Of a stretch of 64,000 nt of DNA, positions 11,900 through 23,774 are shown in pieces. Location: assembly GCA_965113315.1 (NCBI GenBank), contig OZ220374.1; one strand, 5' to 3'. The DNA comes from Podarcis vaucheri (lineage: Eukaryota). The first letter of the stretch is position 1. The number at the start of each line of letters is the position of its first letter. The notes beneath the pieces were generated by a model, which was not told where the DNA came from, made no database searches, and saw nothing but the letters and a program-made list of their open reading frames with translations. The position numbers and the translations under genes were made by a program.

Positions 11900-12720
11900 C
11901 TATCTCCCCGCGCCAAAAACAATGTTAGGTGAAATCCTACTTGTTTGAATGAGGTTGTTTATAATCGCAAATTTCCTGAAGTTGCTTTTGCTTCCCAAAT
12001 AAAAGAATCGGAGAGAATTCTGAGATAGAATTAACCAAGTATAAATCGTTTCATCGATCACCTTGCATAAATGAACCAATGGATGCCTCCGGTCTCCCAC
12101 CTGGATTTGAATAAAGTAATACTGAGCTTTGTTCAACCAGTTGTTGTTTCGAAAATGTCTTCCAAAAAAAAAAATTAGACAAGGATCGATCAGGGTCCAC
12201 GATCCCATCAGAAAACCGATTCAAAACCAGGAAGGTGATCGGAGAAGTCAATATATTTATACTCGATAAATGAAACAGAGTCACGAGGAATCCTCTTTCT
12301 TGCAACAGAGTTTCTTTCAAACCCCTGAGGAATCCCGTATAATTTCATACACAGAGAAGGACGCAGGTCGCCATCCTAGAATAATTCTGTACTATAGTTT
12401 AGCATCCTATAAAACAGGTCACCGTCTTTTTAGATAGAGAAGGCCTTCCTATCATAACAAAATAGTGTTTAGTTTGTTTAAAATCGTGCATTTGTAGCCA
12501 GGACAAATACCTTCTTGAAAAACTCTGTTTATTGAAATGCCATCCATGGAAGGAAAAAACAGAATATTGCGTTGAAATCTGGAAAAGACAAGAACTACCG
12601 TCCACCAAGCATTTACTCAGGTATTATCTCAGTTACGTCAATAGAACGAGGGCCGAAGTATTGCAGGTTTCAGTCCAAAATATTTAATCCCCATTTGATT
12701 GCTTCGCGTTATCATGCTGT
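11900..12720 (-). pseudogene. Ancient, heavily degenerate L1 ORF2 remnant
   Basis: Minus-strand peptides SINILTSPITFLVLNRF...DRSLSNFFFWK and KLSITLFKSRWETGGI are colinear with KMNILPKMTFLFQNIP...QRTLSRFIWQ and RIKYKLLTDRRDRGGF of the young L1 in this window. GIKYFG near 12680 resembles KYLG. Boundaries are approximate. Confidence 0.55.
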
Positions 12721-13649
12721 CGACGATTGCGGGGAGGGGAGGCTGAAAAACAATGTACAGGGGCGGAGCCTTGTCCCGTTTCCCCATTTGTGGTTTGGAG
12801 GGGTGGTTTTAAACCGCTTTAGTAACTGTATATTCCGAACCCATGGATTGGTCTGATCTTCTGGCGCGGAATAAACTCGCGTGAACTTGGATCTGCTTCG
12901 CCCAGAGCTGTAGGGAAAGGAGCTGGGAGCATCAGATGATAGAGGGTTAAAGGGGAGGAAAAGATGAACCCCTGTATAAAGGAAGAGGGAAAACAGCTGG
13001 TTCGTCCACAGCTGCCTGGAGTTGGGGAAGTGAAGAGACAAGCGGAGATAACTTTCGCAGGAGCAAGAGGAGGAGTCAGAGAGCAGAGACGCTGTGTGTG
13101 TGTGTCTCTTTCTGCCTGCCTGCCTCAGCTGGCTGGCACCGGGGAAGGTGGATCAACTGCCCTCCCCCGTTCCTTGCATTCTGGAGGCCAGATGTTCATC
13201 TATATTTTTTTAAAAAACAACCTTGACTTCCACGGAAAGGCTTTTCACCGAGTCTCAAAATGCCTTTCCGAGATCTTCTGAATTGTTTCAAAAATGCCTG
13301 TTAGCCTCCCACAACAGTTAAATGTGTGGATGGGGACATTTCTCACTGCCCTTTCCTTAATTATTTTTTTAAAGAAGAGGTGAAGAGAGGGGGCGGGCAG
13401 GCAGACAGAGACAAAGACACCAAGGGCACTATTTTTCTTCTCCGCGAGGAAATAGGAAATAAGCAAGAATAAAATCCTCCCAGGTTACCACAAAGCCTTC
13501 CACTAAGTACTACTAGTATTACTATACTGTTAGTATTTTTTGTTGCTGCTGCTGGTGGTGGTGGCCAAGAGAGCCCTGTCGTGCAAGCTCCTTACTCAGA
13601 TGTAAGTCGCACTGACTTTCTTTATAGTAAATCTGTTTCAAGAAACCAG

Positions 13650-14400
13650 GGTCTTCGGTGTTGCGACCAAGCTGGCTTGAAGGCCACCAGAATGGCTGCT
13701 CACCTCACATCTCCGAAATAAACAGTGCCCCTCGGAAGTTCTGAGGTTGCAGGAGGCGTCTCTTTCGTCTATATTCCCAGTCACAGATAAGGCGACGCTC
13801 TCTTCCTCAGAACTTCTTCGGTTTCTTGAACCAGGAGGTTTTTCCCTCCTCAGAAGCAGTACCTGAAGTCAGTCTGTTCCAGCCATTGCAACTGAGAGTC
13901 TCCCGGCACCTGGAGACGAACAAAGTTGTTGTTGGCATATACTTTCCTGGTATGGAGCCCACTTCATGGAAGGTTATCCCAGGGTATAGTCATGGTCTGA
14001 AAATACATGAAGCCACCACCTTACTGAAGCGAGGTCAGTCTTTTAGTTATGGCGGCACCTGTCCTTTGGACCTTCCGATTGACACCAACTTCAAGTCTTG
14101 CTGATTAACCCCACCACCACCACCAATTTTCAAGGGACCTCCAGCAAGCCCACCGATACGAATTAGTTACCCATGTTCGCTTTTTAAAGTTCTTATGAAT
14201 CCTTATAGGTAACAAATGAGTCGCCTATATTGGTTTTCAAAATTTCATTCATTTTTATCCGTGTCTCAATGATTATTTTATGTCTATTTTTTATTTTAAA
14301 AATATCGGTCGTAGCTGCGTTTCATCTACAGTCTTATGGTTTTAGGGAGCGTTCTGATTAAGCTGTTTCTAAACAATTTCCGAAGTAAATAAATATATAA
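13650..14400 (+). mobile_element. Old L2 LINE 3' remnant
   Basis: RGQSFSYGG..LDLP resembles the L2 motif RAFSVAAPxLWNxLP. T-rich 3'UTR ends in AAATAAATA. Boundaries are approximate. Confidence 0.5.
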
Positions 14401-15484
14401 GCAAACAAGTCTGGCTCTGGTGGTCAGTGCCTAGACTACATGAGAACCATGTGTACTTTGTCCTCAATTCCATGATGGAAGAAAGGAGGGGCATGAATGT
14501 AAAAAAAAAAAAGGTTGGGTTTTTTTTTAAAAAATAAATAAAAATAATCTGCAGGTATAATTACATGTAGACCCCAAAGGCCATGAAATGCATAGGGTAC
14601 AGGATGTGGTCTGAGAAAGTAGGTACAATATGCATCTCCAGTTTGGAGACAGCTTATAAAAGCTTCTACTACGTTACAGATTTGCTCAGGAATATCAACA
14701 CTTCAGGGGCGGGGGTGCTTCTTGCAATACGGTCATTATATTTTTCAAGAAGAAGAAGAGGAAGAAGAAGAAGTTATTATTTTTACCCCGCCCATCTGGC
14801 TGGGTTTCCCCAACCACTCTATAATATTTCATTCGCGGTAGTCCAATGTTTGTCAATCCTTCTGAGCTTCATCTTTTCCCCTCCGCCCCACATACATTCA
14901 GTGTCGCTTCTGTCCCCATCAACCAGCTACGAGAGCCACCCAATTTTCTTCTGCCCCCCTTTGGAATTTAATGCCCTGCCCGCCACTTGACCCACGGTGG
15001 GGCTGCCTGTCTTGCCTGGAAGAAGAGGACGTGATGCCCAACCTCTCTTCCAGCTGTCCCGCACCAACCTTTTCCACCGGTTGAAAAACTAGGGCAGAGG
15101 GATAGTCAACGTGGTGCTCTCTAGGAGTTGCAGCTCCCATTATCCCTGGCCATTGGTTATACTGGCTGGAGCTGATGGGCGTTGGAGTCGAGAACATGTG
15201 GAGGGCACCGCTTGGCTAGCTCTGAACCAGAGTGTAATTGTTATTTCATTACAAACTCCCATGAAAACGCAGTCCATCTGGAAGTTCTCTTGCCCAAGCA
15301 TAGGAGTCAACTCCTAGGGGCCGATGTCCCTTCCTCCCCATTTTTTTTGAGGGGGCGGCCCCCCCAAAGTTAATAGGCATTGTCATTCAAATCGTGTGCG
15401 TGCCACGTGTCATGTGATGGATTATGCAGGGCGGGGCTTACCTGCACTCCCCAATATTTTATTCAAGTTGGTACCCTTGTGTCC

Positions 15485-15606
15485 TCGAAGCTACCAACAT
15501 GAGTTTGCCTAAACTGCGGGAGGCAGTGGAAGACAGGAGTGCCTGGCGTGCTCTGGTCCATGAGGTCACGAAGAGTCGGACACGACTAAACGACTAAACA
15601 ACAAAC
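15485..15606 (+). mobile_element. BovB/RTE LINE 3' end, severely 5'-truncated
   Basis: GTCACGAAGAGTCGGACACGACTAAACGACTAAACAACAA. 12-bp TSD ACCCTTGTGTCC at 15473-15484 and 15607-15618. Confidence 0.92.
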
Positions 15607-15929
15607 ACCCTTGTGTCCAAGTAAGCCTAGGAAGGTAATTTGGAACTGCTGCTTAACGTGTGTTGCAGGGTGGGGATCGTGCCATTTAAGAGCCCCAGAG
15701 GGCAGTAAAACTTCACTTGGTCTAAGTGTTGGGCACGGATGGATCATGAAAGGAAAGGATGGGGATCCCTTCTCTGATCTAAAGATTAACACAAAACAAC
15801 ACATATCCTCCCTGATCCTGATACACGTTTCTGCTGTACACTTGGTATTTTACAACAGTCAGGAACTTTCAGCTTCTCTCTGTTTTATGTCAAAGGAAGC
15901 GCTGCTGTGTTTTGATCCGGGTGGGATCT

Positions 15930-16210
15930 GAAGAGCCCCGGCGCAAACACAACCCTCTCCAGAAAAGTCCCAGAGCGCAGCATGCGCTTGCCTATAGCCA
16001 GCCCCCGCTCGGCGTTCACTTCCTGGTTAGAGTAACCCCGCCCCTGCTGCAAGCGTCCAGCAGAGCCCCAGAGGCCAATGCGGAACTGAGCTTCGGTGGG
16101 TTAAGCTCAGCCTTTGCTTTCGCTAAGATTGTCTTTCATCAGCTTTAAACTCGTGGTGTGGCTGCTGTTGGTGGTAAAGGAATTAGTTTAATTTTCTGCA
16201 CCGCGACTGT
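15930..16210. promoter_or_regulatory. Small promoter-like GC patch
   Basis: Clustered NRF1-like GCAGCATGCGC, ETS CACTTCCTG, GC box CCCCGCCCC and CCAAT within ~120 bp, with local CpGs. Confidence 0.35.
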
Positions 16211-18342
16211 TCTCCTTTAGACTTTCTGCAGTTTCACTTCTGAATCTGCCCTGCTAAAGCGAGAATCCAGCTGTCTGGCTTAACCACCCATGGCGCTCAA
16301 AAGACCTCCCAGGGAAACATTACCCCCTGGTTTTGCAGCCTGACGAGTCACGGGAACCAACTGGTTGTCACTTGGTACATGATCAACAGGCAATTTTCAA
16401 ACTCTCTCAGCACCAGCTTCTGTCTCTAAATCACCAAGTAGCTGCAATCAATACAGTTGTGGGTTATCTACTCAGCAGTATGGATTACAGAACTGTAGAC
16501 AAGGAGGAGCCCAGGCCTTTAAAACAACAACAACAACAGATGCATCCAGGTGAGAGTTAATTGTGGAACCAGTACTGCTCATGCGCACAAGTTTATCACA
16601 GTGTCCAAACGACATTGTCACCATTGAAATGTCAGACTTCTTCTTGTTGTTGTTCATTTAATCAAATGAATCAAAACAACCCATTATACATCCACCATCA
16701 CCACTGGCATGGAAGCTTGTGAACACATGTTGAAGGGATGAATGGTTTGGCACCTGTGTGGGTGGCTTCTCAGTAGGTGGTCTTGATCTTCACACCATTA
16801 CTTCGGTTTGCTAGTCACCTGAGCACAATCTAGCCATTTTTTTACTTTGATGGCACCCAATTCCAATCAAACTACAATTGCTGCATGGTGACGGCACATC
16901 CCAGTTTCAACAGTATGGTTTGGTGGAGCTATTCCCCCCAATCTCCACCCAGTAAACATGGAAGTTTTCTTTGGAAATTGTCATCACAGTACATACACAG
17001 TACATTTTATTAAAGCAGGTTTCATGAAAAATAATAATTGCTGTATTTCATTGCTGCAGCAGTTTTTTTGTTGCATAGAGAGAATGCATGGTTGTGTTAA
17101 TGCTCACATGGAATGGACATGCGTAAGACATGCACAGTCGTCCTCCCCGCTCTGTACGATCCATTTTCCCTGGATGCCCAGCTTTGCTTTGCTTTGCTTT
17201 TGTGGAACAAGTCATTAGCCCTTGTAGAACCCAAGATACAGGGCAAAATCTACAGGCATGATTCTGCTCATTGGTTTTGTGGGAAATTCGCCCGCTCCCA
17301 CCTTTTTAGCCAATGAAGAAGTTGCATTTAGGAAAGCAGAGATAGCAAATTAGACAAGGAGGCAGAGAGTAAAACACCCATTGTCTATAGAAGGAATCCC
17401 TTGGTTAATTTTTCAGTCTACCATGGTGGAGAATTGACTAATAATTGCCATGCCTAAACCCTTTCAGCTCTCAGAAATCCAAACTTGCATATGAAATATC
17501 AGGGTGAAATGGCTGAACTTCGGGCAGCTGTTATTAATGGCTTCGTGTGCTAGATTTCCCAAAGGACGGGCAGAAGGAAAGAGCTATAGGTAGCTGGATA
17601 GTAAGAAGAGCAGAAATAAGTGGAATCCCACACAAAACAAGCTGCAGTGTATCCTTGACTGCTTGACTTCACCCCTGGAGGTGCACTCCATTGCCTCTTG
17701 AGATGCCAACAACAGTCCAGTTTCTGCCTGGTACTAGCAGAACAGCTCACACACACTGCAGTAAATTTGTATGTCCTTCTTCACAAACTACACACAATTT
17801 CCCCCCCCAAAAAAACCTTCAGTGTATAAATTCTCACAGGCGTGTATGTGAACCCTAAATGAGTCCAATGCAGCCTTTGCCAACCCACTTCCAACAGTGT
17901 TTTCAAGCAGGCTCAAAAACTGAAGAGATAAACACAAGGCCTTTCCAAAGTCATTTTATGTCACCTATACTTTCAACCTCAACATTCCAGTTTTGGCATA
18001 CACAATCCTGTGCTAACCCCAGCAGTTTCATAAAAGTGTACAGGTAAGTTGAAAACAATACTGGGTTTCGTGTGATGCAACCAGTTCAGGTGAACAAATT
18101 TATCGCAACGATATCTCCACCCATAGCAGACTGACAGGCTGGAGCAGCTTATTCAGAAGAGAAACAACTATATATTTATTTATTTATTTTACTTTGGTGC
18201 AATTTCCATGCCTGAAGGTAATATTCAAGATGGCCATGCCATTGCTAATACAATACTACAAATACATTTACAATGCAAGCACAGTTCTATACTTCAGCAC
18301 AGTGTTGTGTAAGCTGTAATCCACAACCATTTTATGTCAATG

Positions 18343-18617
18343 CATGGGCTTAGCTGGAAGTTCAGGGAGGCAGCTCCCTCGCCCCAAGTAAGAAAATAAA
18401 TAAAAATACTTAACCAATACAGTAGTTGAAATAATCAGAATATTTGAAACGTCTCGACAGATTTTTCTGAGCACTTGGGGTCAAAAGAAAGAAATTTTAA
18501 ACAACTGTTGTTGAGGCATTTCATTCCGAATCTGCTAGACAGAGCTGGACAAGAGCATGATGACAAGTGGGTGTCCTGCGCACACACACCCCAACATAAA
18601 TCCTGGGTACACCCATG
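18343..18617. mobile_element. hAT-type MITE
   Basis: Termini CATGGG...CCCATG. Perfect 8-bp TSD TGTCAATG at 18335-18342 and 18618-18625. Confidence 0.8.
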
Positions 18618-18769
18618 TGTCAATGGGACTTATTTCTATGCAAGGTGTATAGATTTATGGTGTCAGCCACGTTCTCTACTTCCTTATCTATAGATGGAAC
18701 CAATAACAATAAACTTCATCTTGGAAACATCACATGTAAAACCATTACTAAACAGTACTAAGTCTTTAA

Positions 18770-19110
18770 GGGATGGGGGTGGCGCTGTGGGTTAAAACAC
18801 AGAGCCTAGGACTTGCTGATCAGAAGGTTGGTGGTTCGAATCCCTGCGACAGGGTGAGCTCCCATTGCTCGGTCCCTGCTCCTGCCAACCTAGCAGTTCG
18901 AAAGCACGTCAAAGTGCAAGTAGATAAATAGGTACCACTCCGGCAGTAAGGTAAACGGCGTTTCCGTGCGCTGCTCTGGTTCGCCAGAAGCGGCTTAGTC
19001 ATGCTGGCCACATGACCCGGAAGCTGTATGCTGGCTCCCTTGGCCAATAAAGCAAGATGAGCGCCGCAACCCCAGAGTCGGCCACAACTGGACCTATACC
19101 TTTACCTTTA
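18770..19110 (+). mobile_element. Sauria SINE
   Basis: Full head GGTGGCGCTGTGGGTTAAA, B box GGTTCGAATCC, conserved body and (ACCTTT)n tail. Confidence 0.95.
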
Positions 19111-19408
19111 TTATGTCTTTCTGATGTTTTATGTAGACAGGCCACAGGCAAGACCTATCTTCACCACACCTGGGAGAAGCCCCGTGGAGGAGAAATGTTT
19201 TTCCAGACCTCTGGTGAAGGTTGAGAACTCCCAGGAGTCTTGCCTAAAATCCACAGTAGCCTTCTCGTTGTTTGTTTTTTCATTTTGCTATAACAGGCAA
19301 AAGTTGGCTGAACAAGTCCACAATTCCGTAGCAACTCTTCCATTGGAGAAGCTACTGCTAGGAGCACTTCTGGTCAGAGAAGTTCTGGAAGATACATGCC
19401 CGAAATCC

Positions 19409-19468
<60 letters not shown>
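19409..19468. repeat. (CT)n(CA)n compound microsatellite
   Basis: Read directly from the sequence. Confidence 0.95.
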
Positions 19469-19469
<1 letters not shown>

Positions 19470-20892
19470 TTCCTGAGGAAGTCTTTGGGCGACTACAGCT
19501 GTTGCTTAAACCTCTAACCACCCTCCCCACCATAGCATAGTGTTTGTATGTGTGTCAGAGAGAGAGAGGAAAGGGAGAGGGGGATGTGTCTATGGAAAAG
19601 GAAGTGAAGCCAGTACATACCAACACTCCAGCAATTCCTGGCTGCAGTAGTAGCCTCAGGGAAATTCTACCAGCTGGTCTAGATTACAGTATAGAAGATA
19701 TATGCTTTAAATTGTTTGGTGCTGGGCTGGTAGGCAATTGCCCACAGCAGCAAAATACCCCCTTCTCCTTAAAGAGCATTTGCTTCTCTCCCCATAATCA
19801 AGCACCATATGTGACAATGTGGACGGTGGGCAAGCTGGCCCAAAAGATTCACTTTTGGATGTGGCAAAGCATTTTCTTGTCCGAAGTACCAGTATGCCTC
19901 GACAAGCATGCTAAGGAAATATAAAACACAACTCCATCCCCACCCCTTAAAATAACTTCAAATTCCTAAAACCATTAAAGACCCTTTGCAATAGGCCCCA
20001 TAACTCCAGTTGTTATAAGTTTTATTGCAGGAGTTCATAGAAAACCTTTCCCAAACACCTTACAAAGGCTGACCACATCCTGGCTAAGACCAAGTGTTGT
20101 GTGATAAAATGTCTGTCTGGAACAAACCACAGCAAATTCATCACAAACAGGCTTCTGCTGAAAACAGTCCCTCTGGTTTGCTCAGAGTAAGCAATCTGCA
20201 TCTGAGAGTGGAATACGTTTGGTCAAAAGATAGGGTTAGAAAAACCCCTCTTCTGCCCATCATATACTTCTGGTGTTCCCACAGAATTGTTTCAGCTCAT
20301 GCACACAACCTCCACTCCACCCCAGACAGCCTGATGGTCTCATGTCTTAGAACTCACTGCCTCATTTCCTTCTTGCTCCTATCCATAAGTCACATGGCTT
20401 CTAACCACACCCACATCGCAATGATGTGCTGCATTTTCACAGCATTATGCCCCGTGCGCTATTTAAAAGAGGAAAAACTTGGAAATCAAAATGTGTGCCA
20501 TGCACCTGTTGTAACTCACATAAGCCATATTTTCCATTCCAAACCCCTGCTTTGAAGCTCCTTTCTTTCACAAGAAGCAAATGCTAATACAGATGTGATT
20601 AGACTACAACTCCCAACATCCCTGGCCATTGGTCATGCTGCCTGGGGCTGATGGGAGTTGGAATCCAACAACATCTGGCAGACCGCAGATTTCCCATCCC
20701 TGCTATAAAGGCATTGGCATATTATAGACAATGATAGGACTGGGCAATGAATATTGAGGAAATCAGTTCATGTCTTGGAGTTACGTTTCACACTCTGGTT
20801 CCTCAGACTTTCTCTCTTGAACTAGTTGATAAATATGGTAACCCAAAACCTCACCTACAGAGGGATGTGGCTGCTATTAATACAAAAATAAA

Positions 20893-21180
20893 GAATCATA
20901 GAATTGTAGCATTGGAATAGACCCTGAGGATCATCTGGCCCAGCCTTTCTCAACCTGTGGGTCCCCAGATGTTGCTGAACTACAACTCCCATCACCCCAG
21001 CTAGCAAGAGCTCAGGGATGATGGGAGTTGTAGTCCAACAACATCTGGGGACCCACAGGTTGAGAACTACTGATCTAGTCCAACCCCCTGCATTGCAGGA
21101 ATATGCAGTTGTCCCATAGGGGGATCAAACCTGCAACCTTAGTGTTATCAGCACCACACCCTAACTAGCTAAGCTATCAT
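20893..21180 (-). mobile_element. tRNA(Ile)-derived SINE with CR1-type tail, interrupted by a MITE
   Basis: Minus strand reads TAGCTTAG..GTTAGGGTGTGGTGCTGATAACACTAAGGTTGCAGGTTTGATCCCC (tRNA-Ile-like) and ends ..TACAATTCTATGATTCT (CR1 tail). Confidence 0.7.
20941..21072. mobile_element. hAT-Charlie-type palindromic MITE
   Basis: Long inverted arms TTCTCAACCTGTGGGTCCCCAGATGTTG..ACTACAACTCCCATCA. Imperfect 8-bp TSD ATCTGGCC/ATCTAGTC. Degenerate relatives near 9700, 15100, 20600, 33850, 35260, 57365 and 57660. Confidence 0.85.
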
Positions 21181-21585
21181 GGACCATGTTCAGCAGAAAG
21201 ATCCAAACCACAGTAGTAGCAGTACATCTCAAGAGTTCAGAATGTTTCACATGCATTGTCTTAATTATGCTTACAGCAACCCTGCAAAGTAGGGTATTTC
21301 ACATGGGCAAAGTACTTGACTCAAGGGAGAGTAGAAATGGAGACTTCTTGGCTTACCACTTGCATGCTTACAAGCTGTACCATCCTCTACTGCACTTCTC
21401 TACACCCTTGAAGTACGTGGAGACCAAGCTCTGTCGTATGATAACGGTGCAAAAGCGGAGCTGCATCGTTGGTATCCATGATACATCTAGAGTTGGAATA
21501 ATCCACTTAAGGGTGCAAGTGAAAGCTCAAGTGCTGGAACATGTCTCGCATTTCTTTTTAGTCAATCGCAAAGCATTCACAATAG

Positions 21586-21810
21586 AAGCAGCCAGTGTGG
21601 TGTGGTGGTTAGAGTGTTGGACTAGGACCTAGGAGACCAGGGTTCAAGTCCCCACTCTGCCATGAAGCTCACGGGGTGACCTTGCGCCAGTCACTGCCTC
21701 TCAGTCGAACCTGCCTCACAGAGTTGTTGTGAGGCTTAAATGTGAAGGGAGAGAAGCAAGCAGGCCACTTTGAACTCCTAGGAGGAAAGTGGAGTATAAA
21801 TGTAATAAAG
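21586..21810 (+). mobile_element. CORE/MIR-like tRNA SINE (Squam2-like)
   Basis: A box TGGTGTGGTGG, B box GGTTCAAGTCC, core GTGACCTTG.GCCAGTCAC and A-rich tail. Confidence 0.85.
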
Positions 21811-21953
21811 GAAGAAATAACTTTGTTCTATCTGAAATAAAAACTCAATGGACATAGAAAACTAACATATCGGGGCAGTGGGGAATGCTAGATTTTAGAC
21901 AATATCTGAGAGCAGGGGGCTGTTTACATGATTATATGCATTCCATTACAGTG

Positions 21954-22121
21954 CAGTGGCGTAGCGTGGGTTGTCAGCACCCGGGGCAAGGCAAGTAATT
22001 TGCGCCCCCTAACCCGTGGATTTGTGCCCCTAACCCGTGGATTTGCGTCCCCTAACCCTATCCCCCCAGATGTTGCGCCCGGTGCGGCCGGCCCCCCTGC
22101 ACCCCCCACACTACGCCACTG
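21954..22121. mobile_element. hAT MITE inserted into the left TIR of a Tigger-like MITE
   Basis: 17-bp TIR CAGTGGCGTAG(C/T)GTGGG. Perfect 8-bp TSD TTACAGTG at 21946-21953 and 22122-22129. Confidence 0.9.
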
Positions 22122-22124
22122 TTA

Positions 22125-22366
22125 CAGTGGTACCTCGGGTTACAGACGCTTCAGGTTACAGACACTTCAGGTTACAGACTCCCCTAACCCTGAAATAGTA
22201 CCTCGGGTTAAGAACTTTGCTTCAGGATGAGAACAGAAATCGTGCGGCAGTGGCGCAGCAGCAGCGGGAGGCCCCATTAGCTAAAGTGGTGCTTCAGGTT
22301 AAGAACAGTTTCAGGTTAAGAACGGACCTCCGGAACGAATTAAGTACTTAACCCGAGGTACCACTG
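22125..22366 (+). mobile_element. Tc1/mariner (Tigger/pogo-like) MITE
   Basis: 18-bp perfect TIR CAGTGGTACCTCGGGTTA with TA TSD. Five copies in the window. Confidence 0.93.
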
Positions 22367-23108
22367 TATTTCAAAGTGTGGTAAAGAAGTATTTCAGGGC
22401 TCTGCTGTTCATTCTGCTGAATTTCTGCCCCCAAAGTCCTACTCCATCAGTACCACTGGTTAAGGTGAGGGCTTAGGCACTCACAATCCTCCTGGCATGC
22501 TGGTTTTCTATGTACACATGGCGGGTGCTTGCTTGTTTTTCATATAAGGAAGCATTCAATCATTGGATTCCCACACCTACAGCCTCAAACGGGCCATTCA
22601 GCAACATGTGAGCGTGTTGATGGTGGAGCTGGCCATTTGTGGAGGGGGGGGGGCTGAGGAAAGCCTGGCCTTGTGACTGGAGCCAGGAAATTAAACTCCT
22701 TCCCCTCCTAGTCCCTCCTTGTGTGTCATGCCTTTATGACTGTGGTGACAGCTTGATGGCTCCACTGAAAGGTCCCTTCCTCTAGCAAGTCCTGTCCAAT
22801 GTTCTACTTCATTCAATTCATAAAGGCTGGCTGAACACTGCAGGATGGCTGTGGGACCCTTCAGCTCCCCTTCTGAGATGCAAGGACTGAGAAGGCATCA
22901 TTCCCGCCCCCTTGCCCCCACCATCATTCCTTTTCTATTCTTTTACCTACCTGTCAAAATCCCACAACAGCTTTCTTTTCTCTTCCTTGTAAGAGGAAGA
23001 AATCAGCTTCCTGGAGCAAAATCAGGGCTCCCTCTGCATTGAGGCCCCACCCCAGACCTGTACTCAGGGTCAAGGCAACTCTAGATTGTTAAGTAGGTAG
23101 GTTTGCCA

Positions 23109-23183
<75 letters not shown>
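23109..23183. repeat. (CA)n(GA)n compound microsatellite
   Basis: Read directly from the sequence. Confidence 0.95.
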
Positions 23184-23186
<3 letters not shown>

Positions 23187-23549
23187 TCTTCTGTCTTTAA
23201 AGCTACATGAAATTCAGCATGTGAGGCTTTTTCTGCCATGTAGAAGTGCTGATAAAGTTTCACCCACTAAATACATATCTCACTCACACCATAATTAAAT
23301 GCCCAAGACTCTAGCGGGGTGTGGGGGATATGTTGTTCAGTTTGGTTGTGTATTTTTTATAATGTTTTATTTCTTGCTTATGACTACTTTTGTTATGTTG
23401 CAGTTAAGTATTTCTGCATGCTGTAAGCCAGCTTAAGCATGCTTTGAACTGTGGAAAGGTGGCATACAGATACAATTATGTATCTATTTTTGTACTTTCC
23501 CATAGATAGATTATGATAGATAAAAGATAGACAGAGAGATTCCAATATA

Positions 23550-23774
23550 CAGTGGTGCCTCGGGTTAAGAACTTAATTCATTCTGGAGGTCTGTTCTTAA
23601 CCTGAAGCACCACTTTAGCTAATGGGGTCTCTTGCTGCTGCTGCACTGCTACTGCACAATTTCTGTTCTCATCCTGAAACAAAGTTCTTAACCCAGGGTA
23701 CTATTTCTGGGTTAGCGGAGTCTGTAACCTGAAGGGTATGTAACCTGAAGTGTATGTAACCCGAGGTACCACTG
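23550..23774 (-). mobile_element. Tigger/pogo-like MITE
   Basis: TIR CAGTGGT(G/A)CCTCGGGTTA with TA TSD. Reverse orientation relative to the 22125 copy. Confidence 0.92.

Larger units (their letters stand above)
8600..14400. promoter_or_regulatory. CpG-retaining, young-TE-poor domain (putative hypomethylated regulatory region)
   Basis: Visibly high CpG frequency (e.g. 8760-9600, 10600-11360, 12700-13200) versus near absence at 1.4-4.6 kb. Judged by eye, not computed. Confidence 0.65.

Noticed and set aside
21109-21180. tRNA-Ile-like sequence as a tRNA gene
   Set aside because: Degenerate stems and joined to a CR1-type tail, so it is a SINE head. The same applies to the Sauria and Squam SINE heads.
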